From: Phoronis australis
Lineage: Eukaryota; Animalia; Phoronida
Direction of reading: 5' to 3'
DNA length: 64,000 nt
Assembly (NCBI GenBank): GCA_002633005.1
Contig: NMRA01000182.1
Coordinates: 71,077 to 135,076, forward strand
Below, piece by piece: positions 13,563 through 26,800 of this stretch; position 1 is the first letter of the stretch, and each line of letters opens with the position of its first letter. The notes under the pieces are model-generated. The model worked only from the letters and a program-made list of their open reading frames with translations. It had not been told where the DNA came from and did no database searches. A program made the translations under genes and the position numbers.

Positions 13563-14289
13563 TAATAAGGGTTTCGATGTTCCTGGTGTTAACGAAAATT
13601 GAAGCATATCACGGTAAGGAAAATTATGAGACCTATTTTATCACAGTAAAAGGCCTGATTGACCGTTCTTTAACTTGCTAAACAGGGCGAAATACACCTT
13701 CAAATAGATGATTAAGTTATAAAATTTCCTTGCGGTGACTTGCCAATGCAGGACCACTGTTTAGTGATGCCCGAAGGTGCCGGCGCCGACGGTGTCGTCG
13801 AGAGTAGGCGCATGAAGGTGCCCTCGCTGTCATATGATATTTGTGCGTCTAAGCATACGGAATGTAACGACGTGGAGGACGAAGACGCCGGCGATTAGCG
13901 GGTAGCGGGGTGTGAAATCTGTAACGAAAGGAGGCGGTGCGGTTATCTCAGTAAATAGATTCCACGCCTTCGCATTTTTAATCGAATTTTCAAATGATAA
14001 GTTATAACGCAGTTTCAGTCTAGACAACTTGGGAATAATGCAAGACTCTATCGAAAGATGGCGCTGTCAATTAAGGTGCTGTGTTTCAACTGGTAACAAA
14101 ATGCTCAATGCTCTTTTCACTAAAAAGGTCGTGGTAGGGCTTAAACGGAGACTTACCACCAGTCGCAGTTTGTCGGTCACGTACCGGTTAGACTCTTTAT
14201 AAAAAGGTGGAGAAATTACCTTCCAGTGAAGCAGGCCCCAAATTTGGAAACAAACACATGAAAAGATGAGCCACTGGCATTACTTATAG
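13563..14289 (+). repeat. ~730-bp local duplication, copy 2
   Basis: Near-identical to 11949-12685. The ORF track shows twin 65-aa ORFs at 12225 and 13830. Confidence 0.9.
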
Positions 14290-14410
14290 TCATGACAAAG
14301 TATCGAAACATGGATTTTGGTCATTTCGAGGTTTGACATCATTGAGTCATCTCGTCACCGAGTATTTTGGCAACGTTGGTTCAAAAGTGTGCTCAACTTA
14401 TTCCATAGAT

Positions 14411-14490
14411 GAGGCGGTATGGCTTAGTGGGTTGAGCGTCTGCCTCTTCGTTGTTCTCAAAGTATTGGGTTCGGTCACAGTAAATCCCTG
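14411..14490 (+). mobile_element. tRNA-derived SINE head (degenerate)
   Basis: A-box-like tggcttagtgg at 14420-14430 and B-box-like ggttcggtc at ~14468. Confidence 0.35.
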
Positions 14491-17400
14491 TGTCATGTCT
14501 CTAGGGCCTCAGCGCATTATTAATTTGTGTAACTGTATTTATGTCTTATATGCGTTTATTAACAAACGAATATGGCTTCAAGTCGTGCAATGAATCCCGG
14601 CTGAGCGGCCTTCGCACGTCTGATGCAACAGGTATCAGAGCACACGCAATATTTTAACTTATTCCTGCATTAGTTTCTAAGGGCCCATAAGCCATTATTT
14701 CCAATTGCCCTCTTTATGATGTTTTCAGTCCAAGTCACACCACTATCTCGACACTGGTAGAAATATCTGACTATATTCTAAACAGTAAATAGACATAAGT
14801 TTAATAACCCCTGTTTTTTTTTAATCTGACGAATGCGTTCGAGATAGTTAGTCACAATGTTTTACGGTAAAAATTCGTTTGGAATGACTGGGTCTGACGT
14901 GGAGTGATTTCGATCCATTATCATTAAATCTTACGCCTTATTATTTCTGTGACAAGTTAGTTTGGGCACTTCACGAAGATATATCAGAAATACAGGTGAC
15001 AATGAAACTGGTTTGTATATTCAAGGTACCAAGACAAAAGTCGACAAAACAACCTTTTTGCTGATGTATAATACCCTAACTGATGAACTTAAATTTGCTG
15101 ACGTTTTAACTTTAAAAAAAATTGATATAAATTTTATTCAATTAATTTTATTTTATTTATATCTGTAATGTACACCACGGTGTCTTATGGACTGTTTGTA
15201 GTGAGCCCGAGGCAGAACAGCGGTGTCGCAAACCGGGCTACCCACTTTGATAAATCTGAAAATAAATAAATCACAAGGTCTTGCAGAATTGACGTACAGC
15301 CTCATTCCAGCAGGTCTTTTTCCCACTCGGCGGGCTGCAAGGGTGAAACAATTTATAGGTGTTTTTTTTTTACCTGGGGCATTTAATTTAATAATACCAC
15401 ATTACTTTTTGCTTAGAGGTGAAGGTTTCATTGTCCTAGTATGAACCAAAATGACTGAGTGGTCGCGACTTCTTCATTGAAATCATATTAATACCTGTGA
15501 AAACCCACCGTATACTTAACTGTACTCCCAATTCAATTATTGATGTCAATTACCCCTTGGGTTTTCAATAACCAAACATTAGCACCGGGCTAACGAAAAC
15601 ATGAAAATATTTCAAAACTCCTGTTATTCTTCGCCTTACGCAATATTTGTCGTTTGATTCACTATATTTGCTCAGTTGCTCCAGTGTTTGCCTAGCTTGT
15701 ATAGATACTAATAGATGCGGTGTTGTTGACCTGGGGTTGTATCCATGGCGACGCTCGTTTTGTATGCGACAGGTTATCTATTGAAAACGTATTCAACGAT
15801 GATGAACTTGGCGACTTATGTGATAACCGAGAGATAGCGCTAGTGGTGAGAGGTCTCTTCATCTGCGGTTCACAAGTCGCGGAAAGAAAATTTAGGTGAT
15901 GAGAACGCACGTGAAGGATTAGCTAGATTATGAATAATCGCATGATATATCAGGTACGTGTTTTTAAAGATTTAGAGGCACAGTGCTTAGAAAACATACA
16001 AATATTCCATAACAGAAGTCGGTATGCAAGAATGAGTTTTGAGGTAAGTTCGAAGACCCGCGGATGTGTTGTATTTGTATTCCCCACGTCTTTTGTCGCT
16101 ACGGAATCACTAAGACATAAAACCTGGATAATCATAATCCTATATTAATGGGGTCGTAAAATATCATATTTTATAAATGAGCGTGTCTGGCGTAGGTTCA
16201 TAGTGATTCATGTTAACGTCTCCGAGGTGCACGGTAGGTCCTTGGCTCAGACCCTTACTCATGACTAATTGATGCAGCGCAAAAACCTTTTTTTGGTGCA
16301 ACGTTAACTCCTCCGTTGTAAACATAAAGTAACAAGCAACTGAGTTTTAACTGAATGTAAGTCGGTCCGTATTATAGCAATTATATGTTAAAAGAAGATT
16401 ATCGGAGTCTACTTGGACCTATGTTATGTCGACAAAAACTTAGCGAGTGCATTGATTTGTGTGTTTTTTGCATTAGAAACTGTCATATTTACTTTGTTGT
16501 AGTTTCCTAGTCTAAAGATCGTAAAATTAAAGCCTTGATTTTTGTAAAAAAATTGCTAGAGGTGCAAATTAACTATTATTCATTGCGCACTACGAATGCT
16601 GTTTTTGTAATGGAATAATTAGACACTTTTACACTATTGAACGGTTAACACATCACATGTAGTACGCTATATTAAATAATTAGGACCCGATACAGATTTG
16701 CCAACGACTTCAATCACGTCTCACTTAATCGATTTTATTACAGTCTTTAAAAAGCTAGTAGCTTGGCTTGTTGCTATGATTGAAGTACATTCTATATCCT
16801 GACCATTTCCTTTAATTGATTTCAGCCTGCGGTACATATCGCAATTAAGAAACAACAAGGTTTCTTTCTTTTAAAGCGGCCTTGACTTCGTCAAACGAAA
16901 TTAACTTCCGTAAATGAGGTGGGAACTTGCAGGGAATCCATATTCCATTCCGTGTTGTTCGATTTTGTGCTTAAACAAGTACTTGCTATGTATGTTGTCG
17001 GCAGCACCTTGGTCTAAGCCCCATCTAGATTACGAGTGAGTACTGCAACGTTTAGTCAGAGTAGCCAGTTTGTAGTAGTTCATCAAACAACTCAAACACC
17101 AGTCTTTTTATCCCTCATACATTATAATACAAGGTAATTTTAGTTCTCAAAACAAATTCAATGGCATTTAAATGTGACCAAAAGCTATATCGGGCAAATT
17201 AAATCCTTCCGATCCAAAACAAAAATAATTCCATCATTTTATCAGGGTCAGTGTGTGTGCTTTTCATTTTACGCATTGTGAATAGATTATTCAATAAAGC
17301 CCTCAACAGTGGATTCCTTCACCTGTGATTAAACGACAGTTAGACGACGCAGTATTTGATAAAGAATTGTTCAAACATCTTCACCTTTCCAATGTGTGGT

Positions 17401-19206
17401 TAAGTGGTCTCGTGTTCTGTCACTTGGGAGACCGGCCTCTTGAAGACACCAGGAGTACTCTACTACTGTAATGAAGGCGAAAAGTGGTCTTTAATAAGCC
17501 ACATCAACCCCAGCGTAGGTATAGTAGGACAAGTGAGCTTTGTAGAGTCGACATGTGCTAGTTTTGAAGGTTTTAAGTTTTAAGAATCTTCGGAAAATTG
17601 CTGTAAGCGATCTGATTCTGTCACTCGTGCGTTGAGGTAGCAGTTGCTCCTGAGTAACTGGTAAACAGATGGAGCAAACCCTAGGGAAACCAAGGCAAGT
17701 GAGATGAAGTGAACAGACAGTCGCAAGGACACCTTGATGTGAATTTTGCACTATAATACTATGGAATTAATAATAATATTAACACAGTTAAACGACATTA
17801 ATGCCTGTAGGAAAAAGCAGAGAATACGAGTCCCTCAGACACAACGGACGCACCGTCATGACGTCATTAAGAATTGTGTGATGTAGTAAATATTCATTAC
17901 GTTCCCGACACAACCTTTGGCGAAAAAATCCATTCAAAGAAGTTGCCATAAAACACAAAGGGGGTCTGTATATTGAAGGGTAAGCAGACTAATTAATCAT
18001 AAATTATCGATTCTAGGGTGACCTTTTCAAGGAAACGGTCGTTACCGTAACACACGCTGCCAGACAAACATTTCGCCGTGATCTAACTAATCTAGGTGTC
18101 AGTTTGCTCTATAACCAGTTATCTTATGTTTCAGGTGAGAACGGACGGCTTCTCGATGGGCCTGCTTTGAAGGTAGGCGGTGTTATTAAACCTGTCGTCA
18201 TTTTTTGTAAAACATTCTTTTATGACTTGTTCGACAAGAACCGAACTTTTTCGAAGTTAGAAAAAAGCTTTCCTTCAATTTTTCACGTTTACACTGAGCT
18301 GGCACGAAGCAAATTGTGCGTGCATCGATAGCAGCAACAATTTTCTGTCGTGGATTTTTTTAGAATCGATTAATTTTGATTTATACACCTAAACATAAAT
18401 CTTCGTTCCGTCAAAGAAACGAACTTCTGATTTAGATCCCTTGCCGTAGAAAATTGGCCTCAGCTTGTTTCATACTTAGATGAGAAGTCCTTGGTTTCTG
18501 GGCTCAGAGCGAACTGTCATACGGTAATTCTTTGAATACACCCCTAAAATTATCAATTTTTAGCCCGGTCTTAAGCAGAACTCTTCGGAAATTTGAACGA
18601 GGAACAAGTTGAGACTAATTTCATTACTATAAGTACTCTGTATTAGATTTTGACGGTTTTAATGGCAGCCTTAACTAATGTTCTCTGTTGCAAGAGTTAA
18701 AGACTTCAACGAACACATTTACATTGTACCGATGCTTTGATTTATGAAAGAGATCGCTCCTTTGACATTCAAGTCACCAAAGGGACATGCTTTTCTACAA
18801 GGCCATGCGGCCTCTTTCTTGGTAACCATATTTAAAGCGTCAATAACCCACCTTCTTACACAAGAATGCCCTTAATTTAATCCACTTCGAGTTATGAAAT
18901 TGATCTCAAACTGTTCCTTAGCCGGGCTAACTAGAGTTGATTTCTTTGCTTGGAACTGATAGACTGTTATTGTTTGATTGAAACCGAGGCTCTACAACTC
19001 GGCTTGTCACGGCGGTTCATTGTATGTGTCTAGTGTGGTCCCAAGTAGTAATAAAGTCTCATTTCTCTGTAAGCCCGGAATACACTTCCCACCTGAGAAA
19101 GGAGTGGTATGAATGTTCTGCATCAAAAAAGTTAATTTCTTTGACAGAACGCCGGTTTAAAAAGTATCTTTATTTTAGATGATATCTGAGCTTGCCTCAA
19201 GAGGAC

Positions 19207-20358
19207 ATGAGTATTGATAGTCGAAAGAGGAAGGCAACATCTAACGACTTAAGCTTGAGTGTTGCCGATCTGTACAACCTTGTTGAATCGCAGCGGAAGT
19301 GGACGAAGACCAGAAATCGACTGCAGTCGGCAAAGAGCGCTTTAGTAAGCCAGTCACCAGAAATGTTCTCTCCATTACCAGGTATAGCTGGTCGCACAAA
19401 CACATCAGTCAGTGAGCCGGGATTACCAAGTAAAGAAAAACAAATGACCATGTTAAAACCACCGTTGACACCAATGAGCTGCCTAAGGTCTGAGAGCATC
19501 ATCAAAGACGAATATTTCAAAATTGTATCCAGTTTGTGCCGTCAATGTTGTGACGTATTAGGTCCTACATCGTGCCATCAATGCATCAAAGTCAATGATC
19601 GACGTGAACACTTGCGACGCACTGGAAACCTTTACTCAAACTTAGAGGCATCAGAAGAAAATGTCACTTCGTCAAATACTTTAAAAAAATACCTGCCAAA
19701 CTTAACTATGTCTGAAATCCAAGACACCATTGCGATGGGACAGATTGCTCGAAATTCAGTGAATTCTGAGCTTCAGCATAGAAGAGAACTGTCAATGTTA
19801 ATAAACGAAAACGTGCCATCACCAGCGATTAGTAAACCGCTGAAGACAAAAGTGGTCTTACAAAATGAAAATTCAACGCAGGCATTCTTCGTAAACATAA
19901 AGGCTCTGAACGCTAAAATTGTTTCAGGTGAAGTGCCAAAAGACTTGAAGTCATTCTCAAAGATGACGATGAAATCAAACGGGCTTTCGGACAAAGAAGC
20001 CTTACCGAATAAAAATGTCAGTTTTTCTGAGTCCGTCTGTCCAACATTTGTCAGTCCTCGTAAACAAGCGAAAGAGAAGCAGATATATTCAGCTTACTTT
20101 TCACCACCTCTGCTTCCCCTGCAGCGACAAAATGTCGAACCCATGTTCTTTGCCGGAAGTAACAAAGCATATATCTTACCGGATCGTCTTCCGGACAAAG
20201 TAGTCCCGGGTCAGGACGCGCCAGAAGTGCTTACATACGCCGAAATGTCATCTTCGCCTGAAATAACAATGGACTCGCGGCCATCTTCGAAAACGTTTTT
20301 AAAATTACCAAGTGTGCCATACAGTCTGGAAATGGTGGAAAAGAAAATACAAAAATAA
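19207..20358 (+). CDS. Orphan ORF B, 383 aa, with CDVLG cysteine motif and RVxF motif
   Basis: Long ORF. First in-frame ATG at 19207 (the track start at 19192 is TTG; in-frame TGA at 19180). Acceptor tctttattttag ends at 19178. Contains CRQCCDVLGPTSCHQC and KNVSF. Confidence 0.8.
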   Translation: MSIDSRKRKATSNDLSLSVADLYNLVESQRKWTKTRNRLQSAKSALVSQSPEMFSPLPGIAGRTNTSVSEPGLPSKEKQMTMLKPPLTPMSCLRSESIIKDEYFKIVSSLCRQCCDVLGPTSCHQCIKVNDRREHLRRTGNLYSNLEASEENVTSSNTLKKYLPNLTMSEIQDTIAMGQIARNSVNSELQHRRELSMLINENVPSPAISKPLKTKVVLQNENSTQAFFVNIKALNAKIVSGEVPKDLKSFSKMTMKSNGLSDKEALPNKNVSFSESVCPTFVSPRKQAKEKQIYSAYFSPPLLPLQRQNVEPMFFAGSNKAYILPDRLPDKVVPGQDAPEVLTYAEMSSSPEITMDSRPSSKTFLKLPSVPYSLEMVEKKIQK

Positions 20359-21008
20359 GACAATCGTGAGATGTCGACAATATGTTGCTCAAATGTTAAA
20401 AAATGCTCACAATGTCATTGAGTTGTTAGCTTTAATTAATTTTATCTGAAATTTTGGAACAATCCAGCTTGTAGCACATAACCATTTAGTTCTTCTAATT
20501 TATTGCTATGTTGTTTATTTTTCATAATGGGCTTGTGCAAGAAAATGATCCTCGAACACCATTCTGCTTTCTTGTTGTTGATGTACTTATTTTTGTAATC
20601 ATTAATAAAATTGGTCAAGCTTCGTCTTCAGGCAGTAATAAAGTGGAAGAAGACCAAAATAACAACAGCAAGTCAAAGGTCCTCAACTGATTGTGCTTGC
20701 ATATGGGACTGGTGTTAAAACATTTTAATCAAATTAGGCTTTTGTTCTTCCTCTACCAAATGCCCAATTTGTTTCTCAGAGTGTCATAATGTTCTGTCAA
20801 ATTGAGTCGATCAGAAGCTTGATCTATACTTTCCGTAACTGGTTACCATAATCAATTCCACGACGAGATCTTACACGACTTGGTTACTTTTAATTCTATC
20901 AGTATATTTTTATGAGCAAATGAAAATTTAAGCGATTTATTTAGCGTATTTAGTCCACCGGCCCCTTTCACCAAGTGGTGAACTATTTTGGACAATAAAC
21001 GCACTATA

Positions 21009-21011
<3 letters not shown>

Positions 21012-21095
<84 letters not shown>

Positions 21096-21099
21096 ACAC
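21012..21099. repeat. (CA)n microsatellite running into an assembly gap
   Basis: Directly visible CA run. Confidence 0.98.
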
Positions 21100-22004
21100 N
21101 NNNNNNNNNNNNNNNNNNNNNNNNNNNNNNNNNNNNNNNNNNNNNNNNNNNNNNNNNNNNNNNNNNNNNNNNNNNNNNNNNNNNNNNNNNNNNNNNNNNN
21201 NNNNNNNNNNNNNNNNNNNNNNNNNNNNNNNNNNNNNNNNNNNNNNNNNNNNNNNNNNNNNNNNNNNNNNNNNNNNNNNNNNNNNNNNNNNNNNNNNNNN
21301 NNNNNNNNNNNNNNNNNNNNNNNNNNNNNNNNNNNNNNNNNNNNNNNNNNNNNNNNNNNNNNNNNNNNNNNNNNNNNNNNNNNNNNNNNNNNNNNNNNNN
21401 NNNNNNNNNNNNNNNNNNNNNNNNNNNNNNNNNNNNNNNNNNNNNNNNNNNNNNNNNNNNNNNNNNNNNNNNNNNNNNNNNNNNNNNNNNNNNNNNNNNN
21501 NNNNNNNNNNNNNNNNNNNNNNNNNNNNNNNNNNNNNNNNNNNNNNNNNNNNNNNNNNNNNNNNNNNNNNNNNNNNNNNNNNNNNNNNNNNNNNNNNNNN
21601 NNNNNNNNNNNNNNNNNNNNNNNNNNNNNNNNNNNNNNNNNNNNNNNNNNNNNNNNNNNNNNNNNNNNNNNNNNNNNNNNNNNNNNNNNNNNNNNNNNNN
21701 NNNNNNNNNNNNNNNNNNNNNNNNNNNNNNNNNNNNNNNNNNNNNNNNNNNNNNNNNNNNNNNNNNNNNNNNNNNNNNNNNNNNNNNNNNNNNNNNNNNN
21801 NNNNNNNNNNNNNNNNNNNNNNNNNNNNNNNNNNNNNNNNNNNNNNNNNNNNNNNNNNNNNNNNNNNNNNNNNNNNNNNNNNNNNNNNNNNNNNNNNNNN
21901 NNNNNNNNNNNNNNNNNNNNNNNNNNNNNNNNNNNNNNNNNNNNNNNNNNNNNNNNNNNNNNNNNNNNNNNNNNNNNNNNNNNNNNNNNNNNNNNNNNNN
22001 NNNN
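21100..22004. other. Assembly gap (N run)
   Basis: Run of N. Confidence 1.
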
Positions 22005-22747
22005 CCGCCCCCCCCCCCCCCCAACTAAAACTCCTGGATGTGCCCCTGGAAATATCTATTTTCCGAGCATTTCAAAGGCTTAAACCAATATTTTAGCGTT
22101 TTAATAATCTATGTGCCATCATAGTCGTTTTTCCCAACTCGCCTTTAGTCGGTGCTCGGAAAACAGTGACTTTGTTTCAGAAATGTGACTGATTTGATTA
22201 CAAACTATGCTCTGCAAATTAGGTTTGATCATGAAATGAGAAGCATTTATTTTGTTCACCGTCTACACAAAGTTCGTAGCAATCTCAATGCATTTTATTT
22301 AGGCATTTCTGTTTTCAAACTCCTGAACCCCTCGGATATCGTCCATCATCTCATTTGAATGTGTATTCCTCTCATCAAAGGTGTGTCCCGTTTTGGGGTC
22401 CTTCCTTCTCACGTGAAAGTTCCTTCTTCTCATATCCGGTTCACCCGCTGGCTAAAACCCTTGCGTTTTCGCGGTTAGCACTTAGATAGCTAGCAGTAAA
22501 AACGGCAGTAATGTGAGAGGTCACTTTGCTGGAGTTTGAGTTACACCAAAATTACAGACGTTTTCGCTAGCACTTCTGGAGTCAGATTGCTTACTTCAAA
22601 GGTCACATACGTGCAGCGGTAAAAAGCTTTTGATCTATCGTCACATCAGGCAATTGATTGAACCGGCGTGTTTCGATATCAATTTTCGCTTGAAAACGAC
22701 TCGGTGGTGAGGAAACAAACTAGATACTGCGCGAATTATGCACGGAA

Positions 22748-22882
22748 ATAATTAATTTACGCGTGAATTAACTTTAATTTACGCCATTAAAACGTTAATT
22801 TGCGCCTCAAATAATTAATTTACGTCATTGATAATTAATTTACCCCACTAGCAAGTATAAATTTACGCACGTAATTTACGTG
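22748..22882. repeat. Degenerate ~22-bp tandem repeat with core taatttacg
   Basis: aattt[a/g]c[g/c] recurs about 7 times. Confidence 0.6.
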
Positions 22883-23759
22883 GACAGGTCATCTACCTGG
22901 CTAAAACCTCTATCGCTTTCGCTAGTGTTTTCGTCACTCATGTGATCTAGTATTATAATATACGTTTAAATGACATTATCGGGGGAGAAAAATGAATTAG
23001 AGCGACCAGCGGAGTCGACCATGCGAAGCTTTGCTGGGGTTGCTAAACCACAAACGGTAGAGTATTTTTGGAGACAAATGTTTTAAAGTGGACATGAACG
23101 CCGGCTTTCAACGTTTGAGTTAGATCGTTTCCGGCTTGTTTTGAAATCGGTCTCAAAGTGTCGAAGTCAGTAGACTGGATGCGATTTAAGGTTTGGAGAG
23201 ACCTTTAGCGGCCCCGGCCACCGTCAGTTCATAACAAAGACTTTGCTGTAAGGCACCAGTACTTGATAGCTGCCACGGTGCGCCATTGTGTAGACTCAGC
23301 GAGATTCCAGGGCCAGCTTCCAAAGGTTATGAAAATGCTCCATACCATGTGACTCGATCTACATGCCGTGGGCAGGTAACCCCGGAGAACTCAAGCCAAT
23401 GTCGCGGATCAGTCCAGGTAAGTAATCTAGGTACCGGGACTGCAGTTTGGTCCCAGGGTGCGGCTATGGAATCGTGTCCAGCCCCTGTTATTCGTGCCAG
23501 AGATTTTTATACATGAGCCCTTTCAAATATACCTCCTTGCTAACAAAATCCGGCATTGCAATCCAGCGGCAGTCGTTGTGTCGTTTCCACATAGATGGCG
23601 TGGCTGTAGTGTTCGCATGCGCGTTACTTTTGCTTACGGCCAAGAGCGCAGAGGAACACACCAGAGACCGTCTTTGAACACACTCACAAATGAAGAATAA
23701 GAATAGGATCTCCCAGTGTAATCCAGGTGACCAACGTCTTTTCCGCAAGCACATCAATT

Positions 23760-23856
23760 ACAACATCACCATCATCAACAGCACTGCAGCAACAACACGA
23801 ACAACAACAACAACCACAACAACAACAACAGCAGCAAAAAGAAGAACAACAACAGT
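23760..23856. repeat. Imperfect (CAA)n trinucleotide repeat
   Basis: caacaacaac tracts. These explain the overlapping poly-T, poly-C and poly-V ORFs in the track. Confidence 0.85.
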
Positions 23857-26800
23857 AATTATAACGATGACTGGTAAAAATGCCATAAAGAAAGGACCTT
23901 CCCGCTGACACGACCAGCAAAAACACCGCCAGCTTATCGCATACAAAACGAAAATAGATTAAATTACACTATTCAAAGTGGTTCTCTGCCACTGAAACAG
24001 AAACCCAATTATTCATCAAGTATTTTACGGTTTATTCGTAAAGGTTTTGAATTTCTGCTGATGTCAAAGCATTTTCCTGTAGTTTTAAATTTCAAAAAAC
24101 CATCTGTCAGCTGCTCGTCACTTGTTGATTTCCTCCCACAAGGCTATGCAAGTCTCCTTATTTGGAATGGCAAGACATAGACGAAGCACATTTCCCTTAT
24201 ATGGAAAACGTGTCATTAGATCTTTGATATCTGCAAATTATGGCGCAAATAATGCATTTGTGAAATATTTTTCTAGGTAATTCTTTGAGCGCATGCGTGC
24301 ATAGTGGCAGAGAATTTGTAAACTATATCAGGGTGAAAGAGTTTATATTTTCGTCTGTGTTTCTGACGATTTTTTTCTAGAAATTCTTCCAATATTTAAA
24401 GTGAACACTTCTCAAGTGAGCATACTCAAAAAGTAGATTCGCCACGATGTGTTTAAAAGGTATTTTTACGAGTTTTCGCGTTTCAGGTCCCTTTGTGAGA
24501 TTATGTGGACATTTTTCGAAATTTGTGGTTGAGTTACTCCTACCCCCTTACGACAACCTACATACTTCAGTGGTACAGTTCTAACATTGTTAGTGCGCCA
24601 AAATATTCATAAATAATGATTTTAACTAAACAGTTTTATTTTATCTAACAATTAAATCTCGTCGATAATGAATACTTAAAATATGGCAATGCCAATGGAC
24701 TAAAGCGTCTTAGTGAACCGCTTCATCAGCTACTAGAACTCACCGAATAGAGAGTCAATTGTAGCTTCAAATGACAGCAACAATAAAAAAACACCTGCAA
24801 CAAAGTAATGGTAGTAATAGTCAATTTTGTCACCCATTACACCAAAGTCAATAGGATTTCGATGCATACGCAAAATTCTTGTAACAAAATACCATTGAAA
24901 AACTATTGTTCTTACTTGGCACATTCCTGTCATAAAATACTATGAGAAATTCGTATACGATTTGATTTCAAGTTCCCATGCATACGCTAGATTTCACAAT
25001 TCTTCAGAAGTAAATCAAAAGATGAATTTGTCAACGTAAATACCGAATCTTCTAAGGATTTTTCAAAAATTGTTTAGTAAAGACAACACTTAATTAAAAA
25101 AAGAAATACATTTTTTGTACATTTTCCCAAAATTCTTTAGTAAGGTCAACACTTTTTTAAAAACCAGTACATTTTTGTACTAAGACTTTTAAATACTTCA
25201 TGACAAAAGTCGCTTAAAACATTTTAGATATGATGTGTATGATTCTTTTTCAGCTAAATATATTTGCCATCGTCTTAGCTGTTATTCGAAATGGAATTCA
25301 ACTTGGAAAAGCGAAATACAAAGTGAATCGACTGTAAATAGTTCATTTTTCTCTGATTTATTAGGCGACCGAAATCCACACAGACGCATTTAGAACATTA
25401 TACAATGTACATGCTTTTGTCAGTATCGATTATGTTTCACGACATGAATGCATTCCCTGTACTCGAGACTGTAATCGGCCTTTATTTTTGGCTAAATATG
25501 CTCTTTTACACAACCAAGCAGAACAAGGTTGATGTGTAGACCTGATTGTTTCAAACAACAGACCCTTACTTGCGTGAACACATAGATTTTTATATACAGG
25601 GTGAAGAAAATGTTGCCAACGTTTTGCTTCTTAAAAGTATTTTTGACAAAATCACTACCAAACTTTTTAAATCAAGCCTGCTGCGAGTGGATGACATTTC
25701 TACCAAGTTACAAAACATAATGATATTGTCATTATATTATTTATTTAAAATTCGAGAATACTTGAGCGTAAACTCAAATATCATTTGCCTTTTGGTGTAC
25801 AGTAACTCATAATTATTTGATGCAGAGACCATTGAGATCTTCTGAATGCACAACTTGCCAGGTAGTCATACGTCCATACGCCAAAACATGACACTATTGG
25901 CCCTCGTTGGTTCGAGGACACGAATGCCAATTGGTGACTTAGCGTTTTGATGCGGTGCTTAGCAAAGGAGTGTAAGAAGGTATTAACACTCCTGGGGTTC
26001 TACAAGAGTGGAGCAACCCCGTATAGCGTTAAATGTGATACCAAGTTTGTGCGGAACGACATCAGCCGAAGACACTTAATGTTTATTTACGAGGTTATTT
26101 GTTGATACAGATAAGCTAAACAGCACTGAGGAGCTGAATAGAGAAATCATTGCACAAATCTGAGACATACACCAAAACGAATGTTGTCCAGTAGTCACAA
26201 ACTTTTTTGCTACCTGCAACTGTGCGTACATTCACTAGCAATGCGGTGAACAGGCATTTTAAATAGGCAATAAAACGTATAAACGCTTTTGTTATTTAAT
26301 AGAAACTTCATCCACTCGATGAAATTTTGATTTGTAAATATTAACAGTAATTTTTTATTTAAAAAATCAAAACACGTGTTACATTTTTGAGTCACACTGT
26401 ATCAGCTTATTTCAAGATTCGTCATCGCTTTTGAGTATGAACTATTTCAATGTATTTCTCAGTCACAATAATTGCATCTTGAAGAAACAGGAAGTAATTT
26501 CGTTAACCAGCCATGCACGCGTGGCAATCGTTGCCGAGCATTAGTTTTGAGAATCGTACCGTGTGAATATTAAAGAGGCCCGAAGGAAAGCAAACAAGGG
26601 GGGATGGAGGCACAATTATCACATCGAGATATCAGAGTTTAATAATAACAATTCTCTTTTTTAATATGTTCGTAATAGCATATCTAAATATTTGAATACT
26701 TACATTAGATTCTACTTACATGTACATAGTTCTATGTATACTACTTTCATCTGTGAACTGTCTACAACCAAGATATAATGCTTTAGGATTTCTGGATTTG

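Noticed and set aside
20852-22028. Long ORFs of 390 and 346 aa in the track
   Set aside because: Artefacts of the CA repeat and the N run.
23286-23946. Overlapping short ORFs, including a Cys-rich metallothionein-like one and a Thr-rich mucin-like one
   Set aside because: Explained by translation of the (CAA)n repeat; no consistent gene structure.
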